Shown piece after piece: positions 36,380 to 50,243 of a DNA stretch of 64,000 nucleotides; the stretch's first letter is position 1; the number at the start of each line of letters is the position of its first letter. A model generated the notes under the pieces. That model was given only the letters and a program-made list of their open reading frames with translations. It did not search any database and was not told where the DNA came from. Source of the DNA: Isurus oxyrinchus (Eukaryota). Made by a program: the position numbers and the translations under genes. The stretch covers positions 109,802,001-109,866,000 of the forward strand of contig JANJGN010000007.1 in NCBI GenBank assembly GCA_026770705.1, in the 5' to 3' direction.

Positions 36380-37795
36380 TGTAAAAGTTAATGGGGGATG
36401 TCTAATCTCCAAGTCCGTGAGCCTGCACTCACTCAATATTCATTTGTTTTTGTTTCTTTCTACAACCATTCAGGCAATAGGAGACAATCTAGTGACGCAA
36501 CTCGGGAAACAATTATTAAGCAACAAAAGTCATACTGAAGAGAAACTTTACTGGCTTAATGTGTTCTTTCTTCCCGATTCAGCCGAGGGCTCGAGACGAC
36601 ACATAATCTTCTCTCTCTGTCTTTCCGGTTCTGTGGTCTTCTGCTTCCAGTTGGAATGCAGTCTTCAGTTCAGTCTTCAAATTCAGTGCGCCTGATAGCT
36701 CAAAGCAGGTGCTTTTTAACTATTCACAAACTGCGACCCACTCTTTACAAACTACAATTCTCTTTGGATTCTGATTGGCTCGATCAGCACGGGATCAATC
36801 TCTGAATGGTTTCGGTGGTGCATGATCATCTATTGTGTTAACTATCCATAAGACGGCCTCTCTCATTGTAGCTATTTTTGTTGTCTTATTAAATTTTGTG
36901 ACTTCACACTAATATAACAGGCCTTCAGACAGTTTTCGTGTCTCCTTTGCGTTTTGGTGTTTGCTTATTCGAGATAAGAGCGTATGACATGTAACACTAC
37001 TGATTAACTTTTAGACTCATTAACCGAAATGTTGAATTGTTGCTTAGGTTTCTTGTAGAATTCTTGTTTCTGGACTGAGCTGCTCCCATCCCGGACTAAG
37101 CTGATCCCGTTCCGAAGTAAACTGATGCTGTCAGGGTTGAGCTGTACCCATTCCGGACTGTGCCTACCTATCTGCCTGTGCTTTGTAGAAGTTAATTTAA
37201 TGCAGAATTGTGCATGGCCGTACAGAGATTACAAAGTTATAGAAGCTTTATAAAGACTGCATAAATACATATAATAAGCAGTGCACAGAGATGAGTGGTG
37301 TGTTAAACTTAAGGCAATAACATACAGAAACAAGATACAGCCTAACAGATTAAATGTTAATAAATAGCAAGTGGCAAGACCTGTATAGCTATGACAACTT
37401 ATTATAGAAATTAACTCGAAGTTTACAGAGCCAAAGGTGGTTACATGTTTGCAATACTACAAGCTAAATAGAATAAACTAATTCTGACTAATTGTTTGGA
37501 ACGTTGCAATTGCTTAACACCAGAGAGAATTTAAACTAATAAGTTTCAATTGCTAGAAAGGACAATGCCTCTATGTTCTAATCTAACTAACATTGAATGA
37601 CTTCACAAGCACCGTGTGATGTCTCGCACTTCTTAATTCTGCATTTGACCTTTAATAAGGGCCTAGTACTGTGATGTACTAGTGACCCATATCGAGTATA
37701 ATTCAGCAAAATGTCATGTTGGGTTAATTGATTAAAATACTTTGCTTTTACACAGAACCAAACTACAATCTAGTTATTAAACCTAAACTTTTCCA
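36380..37795 (-). mobile_element. Solo-LTR-like element inserted into a CR1 fragment
   Basis: Ends TGTAAAAGTT...AACTTTTCCA (9/10 inverted). On the minus strand: CCAAT (36774-36778), TTAAAAAG (about 36712-36719), AGTAAA (36547-36552). Flanks are two halves of one CR1 segment (compare 22850-22995). No clear TSD. Confidence 0.55.
37068..37170. repeat. Degenerate 20-21-bp minisatellite, about 5 units
   Basis: ttctggactgagctgctccca / tcccggactaagctgatcccg / ttccgaagtaaactgatgctg / tcagggttgagctgtaccca / ttccggactgtgcctaccta. Confidence 0.75.
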
Positions 37796-38444
37796 CGTCT
37801 GTCCTTCCAGTTACACTCTGGTTACAATTACCCATAGTGCTAAGCTTGGCCTTTCAATTTAATTTTCTAGATTTCCCCTCACATGAACCATATTTCTTCT
37901 CTGTTTAGTTTAAAGCCCTATCTAAACTGCAGAGAATGTGTTGTAGTGGCAACGCCAGTGGACTAGAAGCCTAGGCTAATGCTGGAGATCACAGAATCAT
38001 TGAACCTTTACAGTGCAAAAGAAGGCCATCCAGCCCATTGAGTCAGCACTTGCCTCTGAAAGAGCATTCTACCTAGTCCCACTCCCCTGCCTTATCCCTG
38101 TAACATTGCACAATCTTTCTTTTCAGATAGCAATCCAGTGCCCTTTTGAATACCTCAATCGAACCTGCCGCCATCACATTCTCAAGAAGTTCCTTCCAAA
38201 CTCCAAACAGCCCCTGGTTGAAAAACCCCTCACAGCACCTTTACTCCATTTGGCAATTATTTTGAATTCTTTCTTTTACTACCTTTATATTACTTATATG
38301 CTTTTGGAAGACTTTGGGATTCCCTTTTCTATTAGCTGCCTGTCTCTATTCATTCTCTCACCTTGTTTTTCTTGTTAATTTTTCCCACTTTCCCCTGGCC
38401 CTTCTATATTCAGCCTGATTCTCCATTCTATTTTCTACCTGTCA

Positions 38445-39550
38445 TACTTGTCGACATGCCAAAGGTGTTCTGCAAAGCAGTCACCGAGTCTGTGTTTGGT
38501 CTCTCCAATGTAGCGGAGGCCACATTGGGAGCAAAGAATGCAGTACACCAAATTGAAGAAGGTGCAAGTGTAACACTGTTCACCACACCAGCCTCAGAAT
38601 TCAAAGGATCATGCTCCGCCTCTTCGGCCAAATCCAGCATGATGACACCACAAAACAAATCTTCTATTCACAAACCCATGTCGTCATTCCGTAGAGTCTG
38701 CTCCCTCCGGGACACACTGGTCCACTCCTCCATCGCCCACAATACCTCAACCCCCTCCCACGGGACCTTGCCATGCAATCACAGAAGGTGCAAAATCTGC
38801 CCCTTCACCTCCCCACTCCTCACTGCCCAAAGGCTCAAATACTCATTTCAGGTAAAGCAGCGCTTCACTTGCACCTCCTTATATTCAATCTACTGCATTC
38901 ACTGTTCCAGATGTTGTCTCTCCTACATTGGGGAGGCCAAACGCTTGCCATTTCAACACCCCATCCTGCTCCTGCTTTCGGGCCCACATGTCTGTCCTTA
39001 GCTGCTGCAATATTCCAGTACAGCCCATCGCAAACTGAAGAAACAGAACCTCATCTTCCGATTAGGCACCTTACAGCCTTCCAGGCTCAACATTGAGTCT
39101 AACAATTTCAGACTATGAACTCTGCTCCATTCTCATCCCCTTTTTGTATCCCCTTTTTTACTATTCATTTTGTAATTTCTATTTCTATCAATTTTTACTT
39201 TCTGTTTTTCATCCACTTATTTTTATTTTTAGTTATTTTCATCTTTATTCGTTGCTTTAGCCCCACCTTTTATCCTATTTTCAGTCGTTTTCTCCCCACC
39301 GTCCCCTCCCCTCACTCTAACACCACAAGGACCATCCGTTACTTCTTCACGTTGTTCTTTCCAGACTGCTTACCCTTGCCCTGCTGTTATCACATTCTGC
39401 CTTCTGACCTGACTGCCACCATCAGCACCTCCTTTAGCCAGTAGCACTACCATTAACAGCCCTTTGTCCTTATGTCTGTGACATCTCTGGCAATATCACT
39501 TTTGCCTCCACCAATCACTGGCTTCTATCCAGATTCACTTGATTCACGCA
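38445..39550 (+). mobile_element. Penelope-like element 3' part (GIY-YIG) with an inverted 5' segment
   Basis: QVKQRFTCTSLYSIYCIHCSRCCLSYIGEAKR; 38445-38575 is a reverse-oriented copy of the same GIY-YIG region. Confidence 0.85.
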
Positions 39551-39589
39551 GATTCCTGCACAACCTGTCTATTTCTCTTAGATATTATG

Positions 39590-40200
39590 GCAGTTTCCCA
39601 TTCCCTCGCTGCCTGTGTATGCCTTAGCTGTGGTGTGACTGCATCTCGAAACATCCCACTCATCTAACCCTCACCCATGCACGACCAGATTCACCACAGT
39701 GAATCCAGCCACTGCTCGAGTCCCACAATCTGGAGCTCAGATTTCTGCAGCTGATGACACTTTCTGCAAATGTAATCATCAAGGGCACTTTTCACCTGCA
39801 TGACTTCCCACATTCTGCAGAATGCACACTCCGCACCACCAAAATGCACTGACATACATTATACCTTATATAAAAGGTTTAATAGAGTGTGATATAATAT
39901 AATAACTCACCTGACACTCTTCAATCGCCTCCTCCGTGCCACACCCAGAAAGGCCAGTACTTACAAAATAATCAACTTATTGGACTCCTGTGATATCACT
40001 TCTAGTTTTTATCCATAAAATCCCCGTTCGCTCTCTCTCCCTCCACTACTCTAAGCTCTCAGGTATTTCCAGCTAATTACCAGTTACTGATTAACCTACT
40101 TCTACTGCACCAAATTGGAAATCAAATGCTGGAGGCTGATAAGAGCTGAAGAGCACCTCTTCCCCCTACTCCACCGAACTCCGATCACAGCAAGCTCTAC
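39590..40200 (-). mobile_element. CR1 5' region / ORF1 zinc-finger fragment
   Basis: Minus strand reads C..C.MWE...Y.C.KC.QL pattern. Confidence 0.55.
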
Positions 40201-42075
40201 TCCTTGGAATATGTTCTACCCAATGCACCAAAGAGGAATGACCTTTGTGCACCGAATTCCTACTTTGTATCAAATTCTCAAGTACTTACTCTGTTTCTGT
40301 CTCATTCAGGCATAATGGAATATTTACTGGAATATGGGTTGAAATGGGTTTAAATCCCACCTCAGCAGCTTTTCAATTCAAATAATAATATCTAGAATAT
40401 GAAACCATCCTTGATTGTTGTGAAAAGAAAGCAACTGATTCTCCGATGTCCTTTAGGGAAGGAATCTGCCATCCTTGCCTGGCCTAGCCTACATGTGATT
40501 CCAGACCAACAGCAGTGTGGTTGACTCTTAACTGTCCTCTGAATTGGCTAAAGCGCCACTCAGTTAAGCGCAATTAAGGGTGAGCAAGAAAAACAAACAG
40601 GAAGTGGCTTATTGGCTACAGTGATATTTGAAATCAAAATATCTCTCTTCAAGTAATAAGCTCCTTCAGGCTGAAATGCAAGATAAGCCCCTTCACATGG
40701 ATCAAAACAAATGGTCTGATAAAGGGAATTTTAATGGATGGGTTTCTTTAAACAACATTAATGCATGCCCCTGGTTCTGCTGTGATTCATGTATGAAAAC
40801 AACCAGGATGTGGGAAATGTCAAAAGGAACTGTTCACGGTATCGGCTACCAGAATGCATAGATGAAGTAGCTCACTTACTCCTACTTAACTATTTCAATC
40901 TTAGCTAGTTCGAAGCATAACTAAGCTTGCAATCAGAAATGCTATAAGTTCTCGTGAATTCAGCTAAGAGTCTGGAAGCCAAAGCTTTCATTCCAATGGC
41001 GCCATTGTATCCGTGAAGACTGAAGCTATGCACACTGAGAAAAGAAAGCTTGGCTGATTCACCCGAGGGAATGGTTAAATTACAAGCTGCTGTACAGGCA
41101 GCTTTTTTAAAGGGCATTTTCATCCTTGGTCATAAAGAATGTTCCAGACATGTTGCCATATAACAATCCTCCGACAACCAATGTTGCCCTTATAGAACTT
41201 CTACCCTCGGAGTTTAGTGCTTTCTGTTTCAATGAAGATCCATAAACGAGGGACAACAACTCAAGAAGCACTTTAAAATTACAGCAGTAATGTGAATACT
41301 GGAAATCTGAAAGTACAACAAGAAATGCTCTAAAGTTTGTCCAGCATTTTCTATTGGCTCAAGAGATGTGGCAAGGGCAGCATTAATTATCCATCCCTAG
41401 TTGCCCGTGAGAAGATGATGGCGAGCCCCTTCTTGAACCTTTGCATTCCATGTGCTGCAGGAACACCCACACGGCTGTTGCAGGGTGCAGAGGTGCGGAT
41501 CAGTTCTGGGAATTTGACCCTGGGGCACTGAAGGAATGGCAATATATTCCCAAGTCAGGATGGTGTCGGTTCTGGACACCATACGTTAGCAAGGATGTGA
41601 AGGCATTAGAGAGAGTTCAGAAAAGCACAACAAACGAGGGGAGAAGAAATTGCTTCACAACAAAAGTTGCTATGAACTGGAATTCACGACATGGGAGCAG
41701 GAATTGTAATTTTCAAGTGGGAAAATGGATCGATACTTAGGAATAAAAAGCAGGGCTTTGGAGAAAGAGCAGGAGAGTTGAACTAATTGCACAGCTCATT
41801 CAATGAGCCAATACAGGCATGGTAGTCCGAATTGCCTCCCAGTATGTTCCATGATTCAGTAATTCTAGCATGTATATTACTTTTCTTCCTCTATTCAAGA
41901 GTCCATGTACTTTCTAGCTTCATGTCAAATAATATTTGAAAACACAGAAATTAAAAACGCACCGATGAAATATCACGTTAAAGGACCTGTCCTGAGCGTG
42001 TGTCTAAATTACAGGCTGCAAAAATAAAATAATAATTACTATTTCAAAAGCGAAATCACTTTATTTTCCTTCCAA

Positions 42076-42375
42076 TTTTGTCCATTCATCTGATCTTCGA
42101 CCCGAGTGAGTCTAAATTCTGTACAGCCAATTCACCGACTCTCCTGTGCAAAACAGTTCAGTTTTACCCAGAAGATCCCCATGTGGGTCGATATTAAGAA
42201 GAACGCGAACATTGGAACCGGGGAAATTACTTCGAAGCAACGAACCACGGTGGGAATCTACGCGCCTTCCAGCACTTTAAAATAAATGGCATCAACCAGC
42301 AGTGAAGCCAAATACAGCTGCCAAGTGTCTCATCTTTCTCGTCAGGCTCCAACATTTTCAATTAGAAGTGTGAAT
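42076..42375 (+). pseudogene. Subfamily B C1 pseudo-exon, copy 2
   Basis: LLCKTVQFYPED..IYAPSSTLK..AKYSCQVSHLSRQAP; same ccaa acceptor lesion. Confidence 0.8.
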
Positions 42376-42599
42376 ATACAGTCATTTGTTTTTTTCCGAA
42401 ACTCTTGCACGTTTGACGTTTTTCTTAATACAAGGAAGTTTCTGAATACATGTTAACATTTGACGCTGTTGCATTTCTTTGTTACATTCAGGGTTTATTG
42501 GTTGGACTGTAATTTTTTTCATTGCTGGCATTTATTTCAATATTCTTCAAATATATCTGCATTTGTATTAAATAGCCTTTCAACGATTTGCTCTAATCA

Positions 42600-45256
42600 C
42601 ATATATGAGATGATATCTTGGAGGGGGCATCGAATGAAGCTTTCTGGGTAGAGCTTAGCAATAAAAAAGGGGCAACCACATTATTAGGTGTTTATTATAG
42701 ACCCCCAGATAGTCATCGGGAAATTAAGGAGCAAATATGTGCACAATTTCTGGAGGTGTGTAAAAACAATAACAATAGGTTAATTATATTAGGTGATCTT
42801 AACTTTCCCAACATTAATTGTGTTAAGGGCTTAGACGGAGTGGATTTCTTGAAATATGTACAGGAGAACCTTTTAGGTCAATATGTAGAGGGTTCAACAG
42901 GGGATGGTGCATTGCTGGACCTAATTCTGGGGAATGAAGCCGGACAGTTTGCTGAGGTACTGGTGGGCGAGCATTATAGCGATAGCAACCACAACCTGGT
43001 ACAGTTTAAGTTTGTTATGAACAAAGAAATCTAGAAGTTGCAAAAAGATGTTTTGGATTGGGGGAGAGTGGATTTTAGTAAAATAAGGCAGGATCTGGCC
43101 AAGGTAGACTGGGAACAGTTACTAGTTGGGAAGTCTACAGAGGAACAGTGGGGGGGGTGTTCAGAAAGGAAATGGGGAGGGTACAGGCTCAACATGTTCC
43201 TCCTAGGGTTATAGAAAGAAGTAACAAGCCCAGAGAACCATGGATGACCAGAGATATACAGGTTGCGATGAGAAGGAAAAGAGAGGCTTTTAGCAGGTAC
43301 AAGGGAAGCAAATCAGCAGAGGTATTAGTGGAGCACAGAAAGTGAAGGGTGGAGTTTAAGAAAGTAATTAGGAGAGCAAAGAGGGGATATGAGAAAGCTC
43401 TGGTTGGTAAAAGTAGGGAAAATCCCAAATATTCTATAAGTATATCAATGGGAAGAGGATAACCAGGGAAAGAGTAGGGTCCATAAGGGACCAAATGGGC
43501 AATCTATGGGTGGAGCCAGAGGACATCGCTAGAGTGCTGAATGAATACTTAACTTGTGTCTTCACCCAAGAGAATGAAGATGACTATTTCGAACTCGGGG
43601 AGAGAGACTGCGAGGTTCTTAAACAAATTGATATATGGAGTGACAAGGTATTGGAGGTGTTGGCAGGGTTAAAAGTGGACAAATCTCCAGGTCCAGATGA
43701 TTTGTGTTCCAGACTGCTGAGGGAGGCAAGGGAGGAAATCGCAAGGGCTCTGACCCGAATTTTTAATTGCTCTTTGGCCACGGGGGAGGTGCCTGAGGAC
43801 TGGAGAACAGCTAATGTGGTTCCACTATTTAAGTAGGATTGTTGAGATAAGCCAGGAAACTACAGGCCAGTGAGTCTCAAGTCAGTGGTAGGAAAACTAT
43901 TCGAGAAAGTTCTGAAGGAGAGTATCCATTTCCACTAGGAGAGGCAAGGTTTGATCAGGAATACTCAGCATGGCTTTCTCAGAGGGAGGCTATGCCTAAC
44001 AAATTTGATTAAATTTTTTGAGGAGGTGACCAGGTGCATAGATGAGGGTAGTGCAGTTGATGTAGTTTATTGGATTTCAGCAAAGCTTTTGACAAGGTCC
44101 CACACGGAGATTTATAAAGAAGGCAAATGCATATGGGATACAGGGTAACTTGATAAGGTGGATTCAAAATTGGCTTAGTTGTAGGAAGCAAAGGGTGATA
44201 ACAGAAAGATGCTTTAGTAACTGGAAGCCAGTATCCAGTGGTGTGCCACAGGGATCTGTACTCGGTTCCCTATTATTTGTCATTTATATAAATGACATAG
44301 ATGACTATGTGGGGAGTAGGATAAATAAGTTTGCAGATGACACAAAGATTGGCCAGGTGGTTAATAGTGAGGTTGAGTTTCTTGGGCTACAGGAAGATGT
44401 AGACGGGATGGTCAAATGGGCAAATAAGTGGTAGATGGAATTTAGCCATGAAAAGTGTAAGGTGATAAACTTTGGAAGGAGTAATTTGACAAGGACGTAT
44501 TCAATGAACGGCATAGCACTAGGAAGTTCTGCGGAACAAAGGACCTTGGTGCGTGTGTCCATTGATCTCTGAAGGCGGAGGGGCACGTTAGTGGGGTGGT
44601 GAAAAAGGCATATGGGACACTTGTCTTTATCTATCGCAGCACAGATTAGAAAAGTAGGGAGGTGATGTTGGAGTTGTATAGAACCTTGGTGAGGCCACAG
44701 CTGGAGTACTGTGTGCAGTTCTGGTCGCCACATTATAGGAAGGATGTGATTGCACTGGAGAGGGTGCAGAGGAGATTCACCAGGATGTTGCCTGGGATGA
44801 AACATTTAAGTTATGAAGAGAGGTTGGATAGACTTGGGTTGTTTTCGTTGGAGCAGAGAAGTCTGAGGGGTGACCTGATCGAGGTGTACAAGATTATGAA
44901 GGGCACGAACAGGGTGGGTAGGAAGCAGCTTTTGCCCTTAGATGAAGGGTCGGTCACAAGGGGGTATCGGTTCAAGGTGAGAGGAAAGAGTTTTAAGGGG
45001 GATCTGAGGAAAAACTTTTTAAATCAGAGGGTGCTGACGGTCTGGAATGCACTGCCTGGGATGGTGGTGGAGGCGTGTTTCCTCACATGCTTTAAAATGT
45101 ACCTGGATGAGCACTTGTCACGTCATAACATTCAAGGCTATGGGCCAAGTGCTGGCAAATGGGATTAGGTAGGTAGGCCAAGTCTTTCTCACGTGTCCAT
45201 TCAGACTGGAAGGGCAAAAGGGCCTCTCCTGCGTTGTGATTCTGTGTTTCTGTGAT
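42600..45256 (+). mobile_element. CR1 LINE, most of ORF2 (EN + RT), frameshifted
   Basis: GVYYRPP, ILGDLNFP, KSPGPD, SGVPQGSVLG, KFADDTK; gtgattctgtg tail; splits the B-copy-2 C1-TM intron and is absent from copies 1 and 3. Confidence 0.95.
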
Positions 45257-45336
45257 CCCTTTGGGTTTCTTGTTGGTGCTGATTTTATTGATATTATGCC
45301 TGTCGGTCTTTTATCTCTGCTACCCGTTGGTTGCAG

Positions 45337-45450
45337 GCACTGGTAACGTCGTTTTCCTCTATTTGGCATTCAGCATTTACTGGGTATATTAGTAATAATG
45401 GTGCTGAATGGTGTCGTTGGGCACTATTTGAAGCTGAGGTACTGCCAAAT
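45337..45450 (+). pseudogene. Subfamily B TM pseudo-exon, copy 2
   Basis: GTGNVVFLYLAFS/LLGILVIMVLNGVVGHYLKLRYCQ|gtgaga; same frameshift position as copies 1 and 3. Confidence 0.75.
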
Positions 45451-46619
45451 GTGAGACACGCCTTTATTAGCAGAGCGAATCATCGCTTTGAAGATCAAAC
45501 TTTTGCAATAAATCCCCAAAAAAAGCCGCGCTAACGGATAGAAGGTGAACATCAATGTTCTTTGAAGCTGGACATGTGGACCACAGTTTACATATTGAAA
45601 GTAAGGGGATATCATTCCGGGAAATAGCTGGCGCACAGTTCCGACTATTGTTACGCCAGACGAGCAGTATTTTGCGAGAGACAGCGACCTCCTCTGATCA
45701 CTCTGGAGCAGCAACTTTGAGAAGATGTTTTGAGGATTTCCATGTTCTCGGGAAATGGTGGAAGAGTTTGAAAAGAAGCCATGTAAGATTTCACGAGAAA
45801 AAGCAGCCAGGAGAAATTTTCTCAGTTATTAAACGAGAATAAAATACTAATTGTATTACTCGATTGTGTAAAAATAAAAGTTCTTAAACTAATATGTACT
45901 CAGCCATACCCTGTATAATCTCGCTGTTGTCGTACAAGTGCACTGTGACGCCAAAGAAGAGACTTCTTCCACATTGCCAGTTGCACCAAATAGCAAAACT
46001 GCCACCTGCAGGATCTATAAAATGTTCAAAACAGCCTCTGACATCATAACCCTTTCTAGTTTCACTTCCAAAAATATTTTGCCAGTAATACGGTCAAGCC
46101 GATGCACACTGTAAGGTACCGGCTGATTCTCTCTGTGTCAGTCTCCCTCCTTTGTTTCAACCAAAAGTAAAATGGCTCCCGACTGACGACAGCACCAACC
46201 CAGGTGGAAGAATTCCGCGCTCAATCTGTACAGGATAACATTGGATATATGCCACAGAAACAGGACGCCCGATCCAAACAGTTAATGTCAGTGTTTATGC
46301 CCAACTCAAGCCTCCTCCCATTTCTCATCCAAATATACCATTGCAACCAGTATTGCCCTCTTCCTCAAATGTTTGTCTAGCTTACCATTAGATTCATCCA
46401 CTATCCCTTCAAGCAGCTATCCTTCGTTTAGCACACCTGGTGTGCTCTTAAAAAACAGCGTGCTAAACGAAAATGTACTAAACAAAAGTCACTTTCCCAT
46501 TGGAAAACATATAATAAAGGTGGCTTAGAGTTTTGACCTGTCATTTTTACATCAAAAAAATATGAGCTGCCTTGAACATAACTGGCCCAAAGATTCTGCT
46601 AATAACATGCTACCTGGTT

Positions 46620-47180
46620 ATAACTTGTTAACTCTTAATAACTTACTAGCCCCTCCTCTCTATTTCCCACTCACAGCTTCCCCTGGCTCTCCTGCTTGGC
46701 ACCTCACTTGCCTTTCCCTCTCGAACTTCCCTCCCCTGACACTCCCACTCACCGCTTCCCTCGCCGACCTTCCCAGTTGCCAATGCCCCTTGTTGCCACT
46801 CCTCTTTTCCAACCTTCCCGTTTGCCTCTTCCCTCTCCTGTCCCTTTCTCTCGCCACTTCCCATCTCTCCCGTTTGTCACCTCTCCGGATCTTCCTCATT
46901 GCTGTATCTCCCTCTCTCCTTCTCACCGCTTCTCCCAACACTCCTGCTCGCTACCTCTCCTGTCTCTCCCACTAGCTGCTTCACTCTCATGACTCTTCCC
47001 CTCACTGCTGTCCTCTCCCGTCCTTCCCACTCGCTGTTTCTCTCTTCGTTCCGCTCACCGTTTTCCCCTCAGGATCATCCCGCTCGTCGCTTCCCATCAC
47101 TCACCCCCGTCCTGCCCCTTCCCTCCCACTCGCTGCCCTCTCACTCCTTCGCTCACTGCTCTCTTGCTGCCCCTCTTCTG
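46620..47180. repeat. CT-rich low-complexity tract
   Basis: Loosely repeated ctcccactc.c.gcttc units. Confidence 0.7.
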
Positions 47181-47469
47181 AGCCTCAGTCATAGCGAGGG
47201 CTTGATAGAGGGGTGGCCAGCAAGTCAGCCAGTGGGAAACAAGATGGATTCAGGAGAGAGAAGCGTTGAGTGGGAGGGAGCAGGAGGGTCGGGACAGGGA
47301 AGTAGAGAGCAAAGTAGAGGTCTGTTTAAAAAGTCTGAGCATGGGCAGAAACTGTACATTTATACCACTCTTTGGATAAAAAAAATTCTCACCCTCGTAT
47401 CAAACTAAGTCCTTTGCTGAGGACTGAATATTCAGCATCAGAGAGGGGAAGGTCAGAGGGTACCACACT

Positions 47470-49355
47470 CTGATGGTCAACGTTCCTCATCTCCCAGCCC
47501 AGGACTGCCCGCTTCTATCTTCTCCCCAAAATCTACAAGCAGAAAAGCAGGGCTGTCCCGGTCGACAGTTTGTGTCAGCCTTTGCCGGCCCCATAGAACT
47601 TATTTCTTCCTATTTTGACTAAGTTCTTTCACCCCTTGTCCAGTCTCTTGCTACCTACATCGGCGACTCCGCTGATGCTCTGCTTCATATCAAAAATGTC
47701 CAGTTTCCTGCCCCTGACTGCCTCCTCTTCACCAAGGACGTCCAATCTGTCTACACCTCCATTCCCCCAACAGCAGGATGGTCTGACGGCTCTTCGCTTC
47801 ATCCTCAAACAGAGGCCCGAACAATAACCATCCACCACCACTCTCCTGCATCTGGCTGAACTTGTTCTCGCACTGAACAATTTCTCCTCAAACCTGCTCA
47901 CTTCCTCCAAATTAAAAGCGTGCCTATGGGTACCCGCATGAGCCCCAGTCATGCCTGTCTCTTTCTGGGGTATGTAGAACATTCTGTGTTCCAGTCCTTC
48001 GCAGGCCCCCTCCCGCAACCATTTTTTGGCATATTGATGACTGTTTCCCTGCGGCTTCATGCTCTCATCTGGACCTGGAAAAATGAATCAATTTTTTTTC
48101 CAATTTCCATCCCTCCATCACCTTCACGTGGTCCATTTCCGACACTTCCCTTCCCTTCCTTGACCTCTCTGTCTCAATTTCTGTTGATAGACTGTCCACC
48201 AATATTCGTTATAAGCCCACCGTCTCTTGCAGCCACCTTGACTACAGCTCCTCACACCCCGCTTCCTATAAGGACTTCACCCTGTTCTCACAGTTCCTTT
48301 GCCTCCGTTGCATCAGTCCCGATTATGCCACTATCCAAAACAACACCTCTGGCATGTCTTCCTTCATCCTTAACCGAAGATTCCCGCCAAATATGGTTGA
48401 CAGGGTCTCAACCGTGTCTCACCCATCCCCTGTACTGCTGCCCTCACACCTTCCTCTCTCTCACAGAACTATGATAGGGTCTCCCTTGTACTTACTTTTC
48501 ACTCCACCAGTCTCCACATTCAAAGGGTCATCCTCCGCCAACTTCAGCATTATGCCACCACCAAACATATCTTCCCTTCACCATCCCTGCCTTCAGAATT
48601 CCGTAGGGACCGTTCTGTCCAGGACAGCCTGGTCCACTCCTCAATCACCGCCAACATCTTATCCCCTTCCCACAGCATCTTCCCAATCGAAGAAGGTGCA
48701 ACACCTGCCCCTTTACCTCCTCCCTTCTCACTGCCCAAGGGCCCAAACATTCCTTCAATTTGGTCAATGGAATCCGCTGCTCCCAATGTGGCCTCATCTA
48801 TATTGGAGAGACCAAACGCAGCTGTGTGACATTCCTGTCACTTATCATTTCAAAGCACCATCCAGCTTTCATGTCCACATGTCTATCCCTAGCATTCTGC
48901 AATGTTCAAGTGAAGCCCAATGCAAACTGAAGGAACAGCACCTCATATTCTGATTAGGCATTTTACCAATTTCCGGACTTAACATTGAGTTCAACAACTT
49001 CAGGCCATAAACTCTTTCCTCTATCCTCGACGCCTTTATGCAATATTTTTTCTATATTCATTTTAATTTTTATTTTTTATCCACTTATTTTTTATTATTT
49101 TATTTTAATTTTTATTCATTGTTTTATCCCCACCTTTTATCCTATTTTCCATATTTTATCCTTAGGACCGTCCCCTCCCCCCATCTCTCCCCTACAAGGG
49201 CCATCTGTCACTTCTTCATGTTCTTCTTTTCAAAGTACTTACGCTTGTTCTGCTATCATCACATTCTGCTTTCTTACCTTAATGCCACTATCAGCACCTC
49301 CTTTATCCCTTACCACTACCATTAACCTTTGACCATTTGTTCACGACATCTTTGT
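47470..49355 (+). mobile_element. Degraded Penelope-like element (RT + GIY-YIG)
   Basis: FYLLPKIYK, MGTRMSPSHACLFLGYVE, YIGETKR, CKLKEQHLIF. Confidence 0.9.
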
Positions 49356-50243
49356 CCAACACATATTGGAGGGAAAGAGAGTTCGTGGAGGCCTGTGACG
49401 GGCGCTGATGGTTTGTTCTGGGGGGGCGGGGTGTGGGGTGTAAGGCAGCTTCGGCGCTGCTTCCTGAGGACAGAGTCTTAGTTTCATGAAGCTGGGCCTC
49501 GGCAGTGAAGTGTGCAATGAATTAAATCAGCTTTTATTTTATTTAACGTTCGTCATAAAACTCTACAAAAAGCTCAGTTAAAGGTTGCTTACATTCATGA
49601 TGTTATTATTGAACCATTTGTATTTACTTGATGTTTCTCACTGTGTTAACACCCTAGAAATGCCACAGAAGTAGCTTTCATTTAAACATTACTCATCGAA
49701 CTGTAAAACAGAGTCAAATATTTTATTTTGTGTTTGGTATTAATAAGAAACTCAACTAATGTAAACAAGTTAACATTTGCAAGTCATCGCCAAGTGCCAC
49801 GTGATCAAATTGTTGATTTACAGATCAGACATGATTTCACTGAATGGCAAACCATGCTGGGAAAGCTAAATACCCGGACTCTTGTTCCTATGTCAATAGC
49901 ATTACATGAGCGATGTCACATGATTGAATCCTCAGGTATACACCAAAATAGATTTGCCAACCACGTTGTGACTCATTACTTTTTCTACGGATACAGGACC
50001 TCATTAATGGACTTCCAATATTTGAAAATTAATTTCATATTTATAACATTCATAATTTTATTTTAATTAATCCAAATCTTCTGTTGTATGAGATATCATT
50101 GATCTCTGGCACACACTTATCCCCGTCACTTTGTATTAATCCACTGCAAATGTTGCTAATGGAAAATGCCATGCGCCTGTTTCTTCCCCGTCCGAATTTC
50201 GGTAGCAGACACGAGAGAGATCACAAACAACTGTGACATTCAC

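Noticed and set aside
37068-37170. CRISPR array
   Set aside because: Contiguous degenerate tandem units without spacers, in vertebrate DNA with no cas genes.
42600-45256. Active CR1 element
   Set aside because: 5'-truncated, with multiple stops and frameshifts.
46562-47408. Pro/Ser/Leu-rich ORFs
   Set aside because: Low-complexity CT tract that stays open in several frames on both strands.
50200-50240. RSS heptamer-like CACAGTT after the minus-strand V relics (also about 62630)
   Set aside because: No nonamer at 12- or 23-bp spacing, and it lies downstream of the J-like segment.
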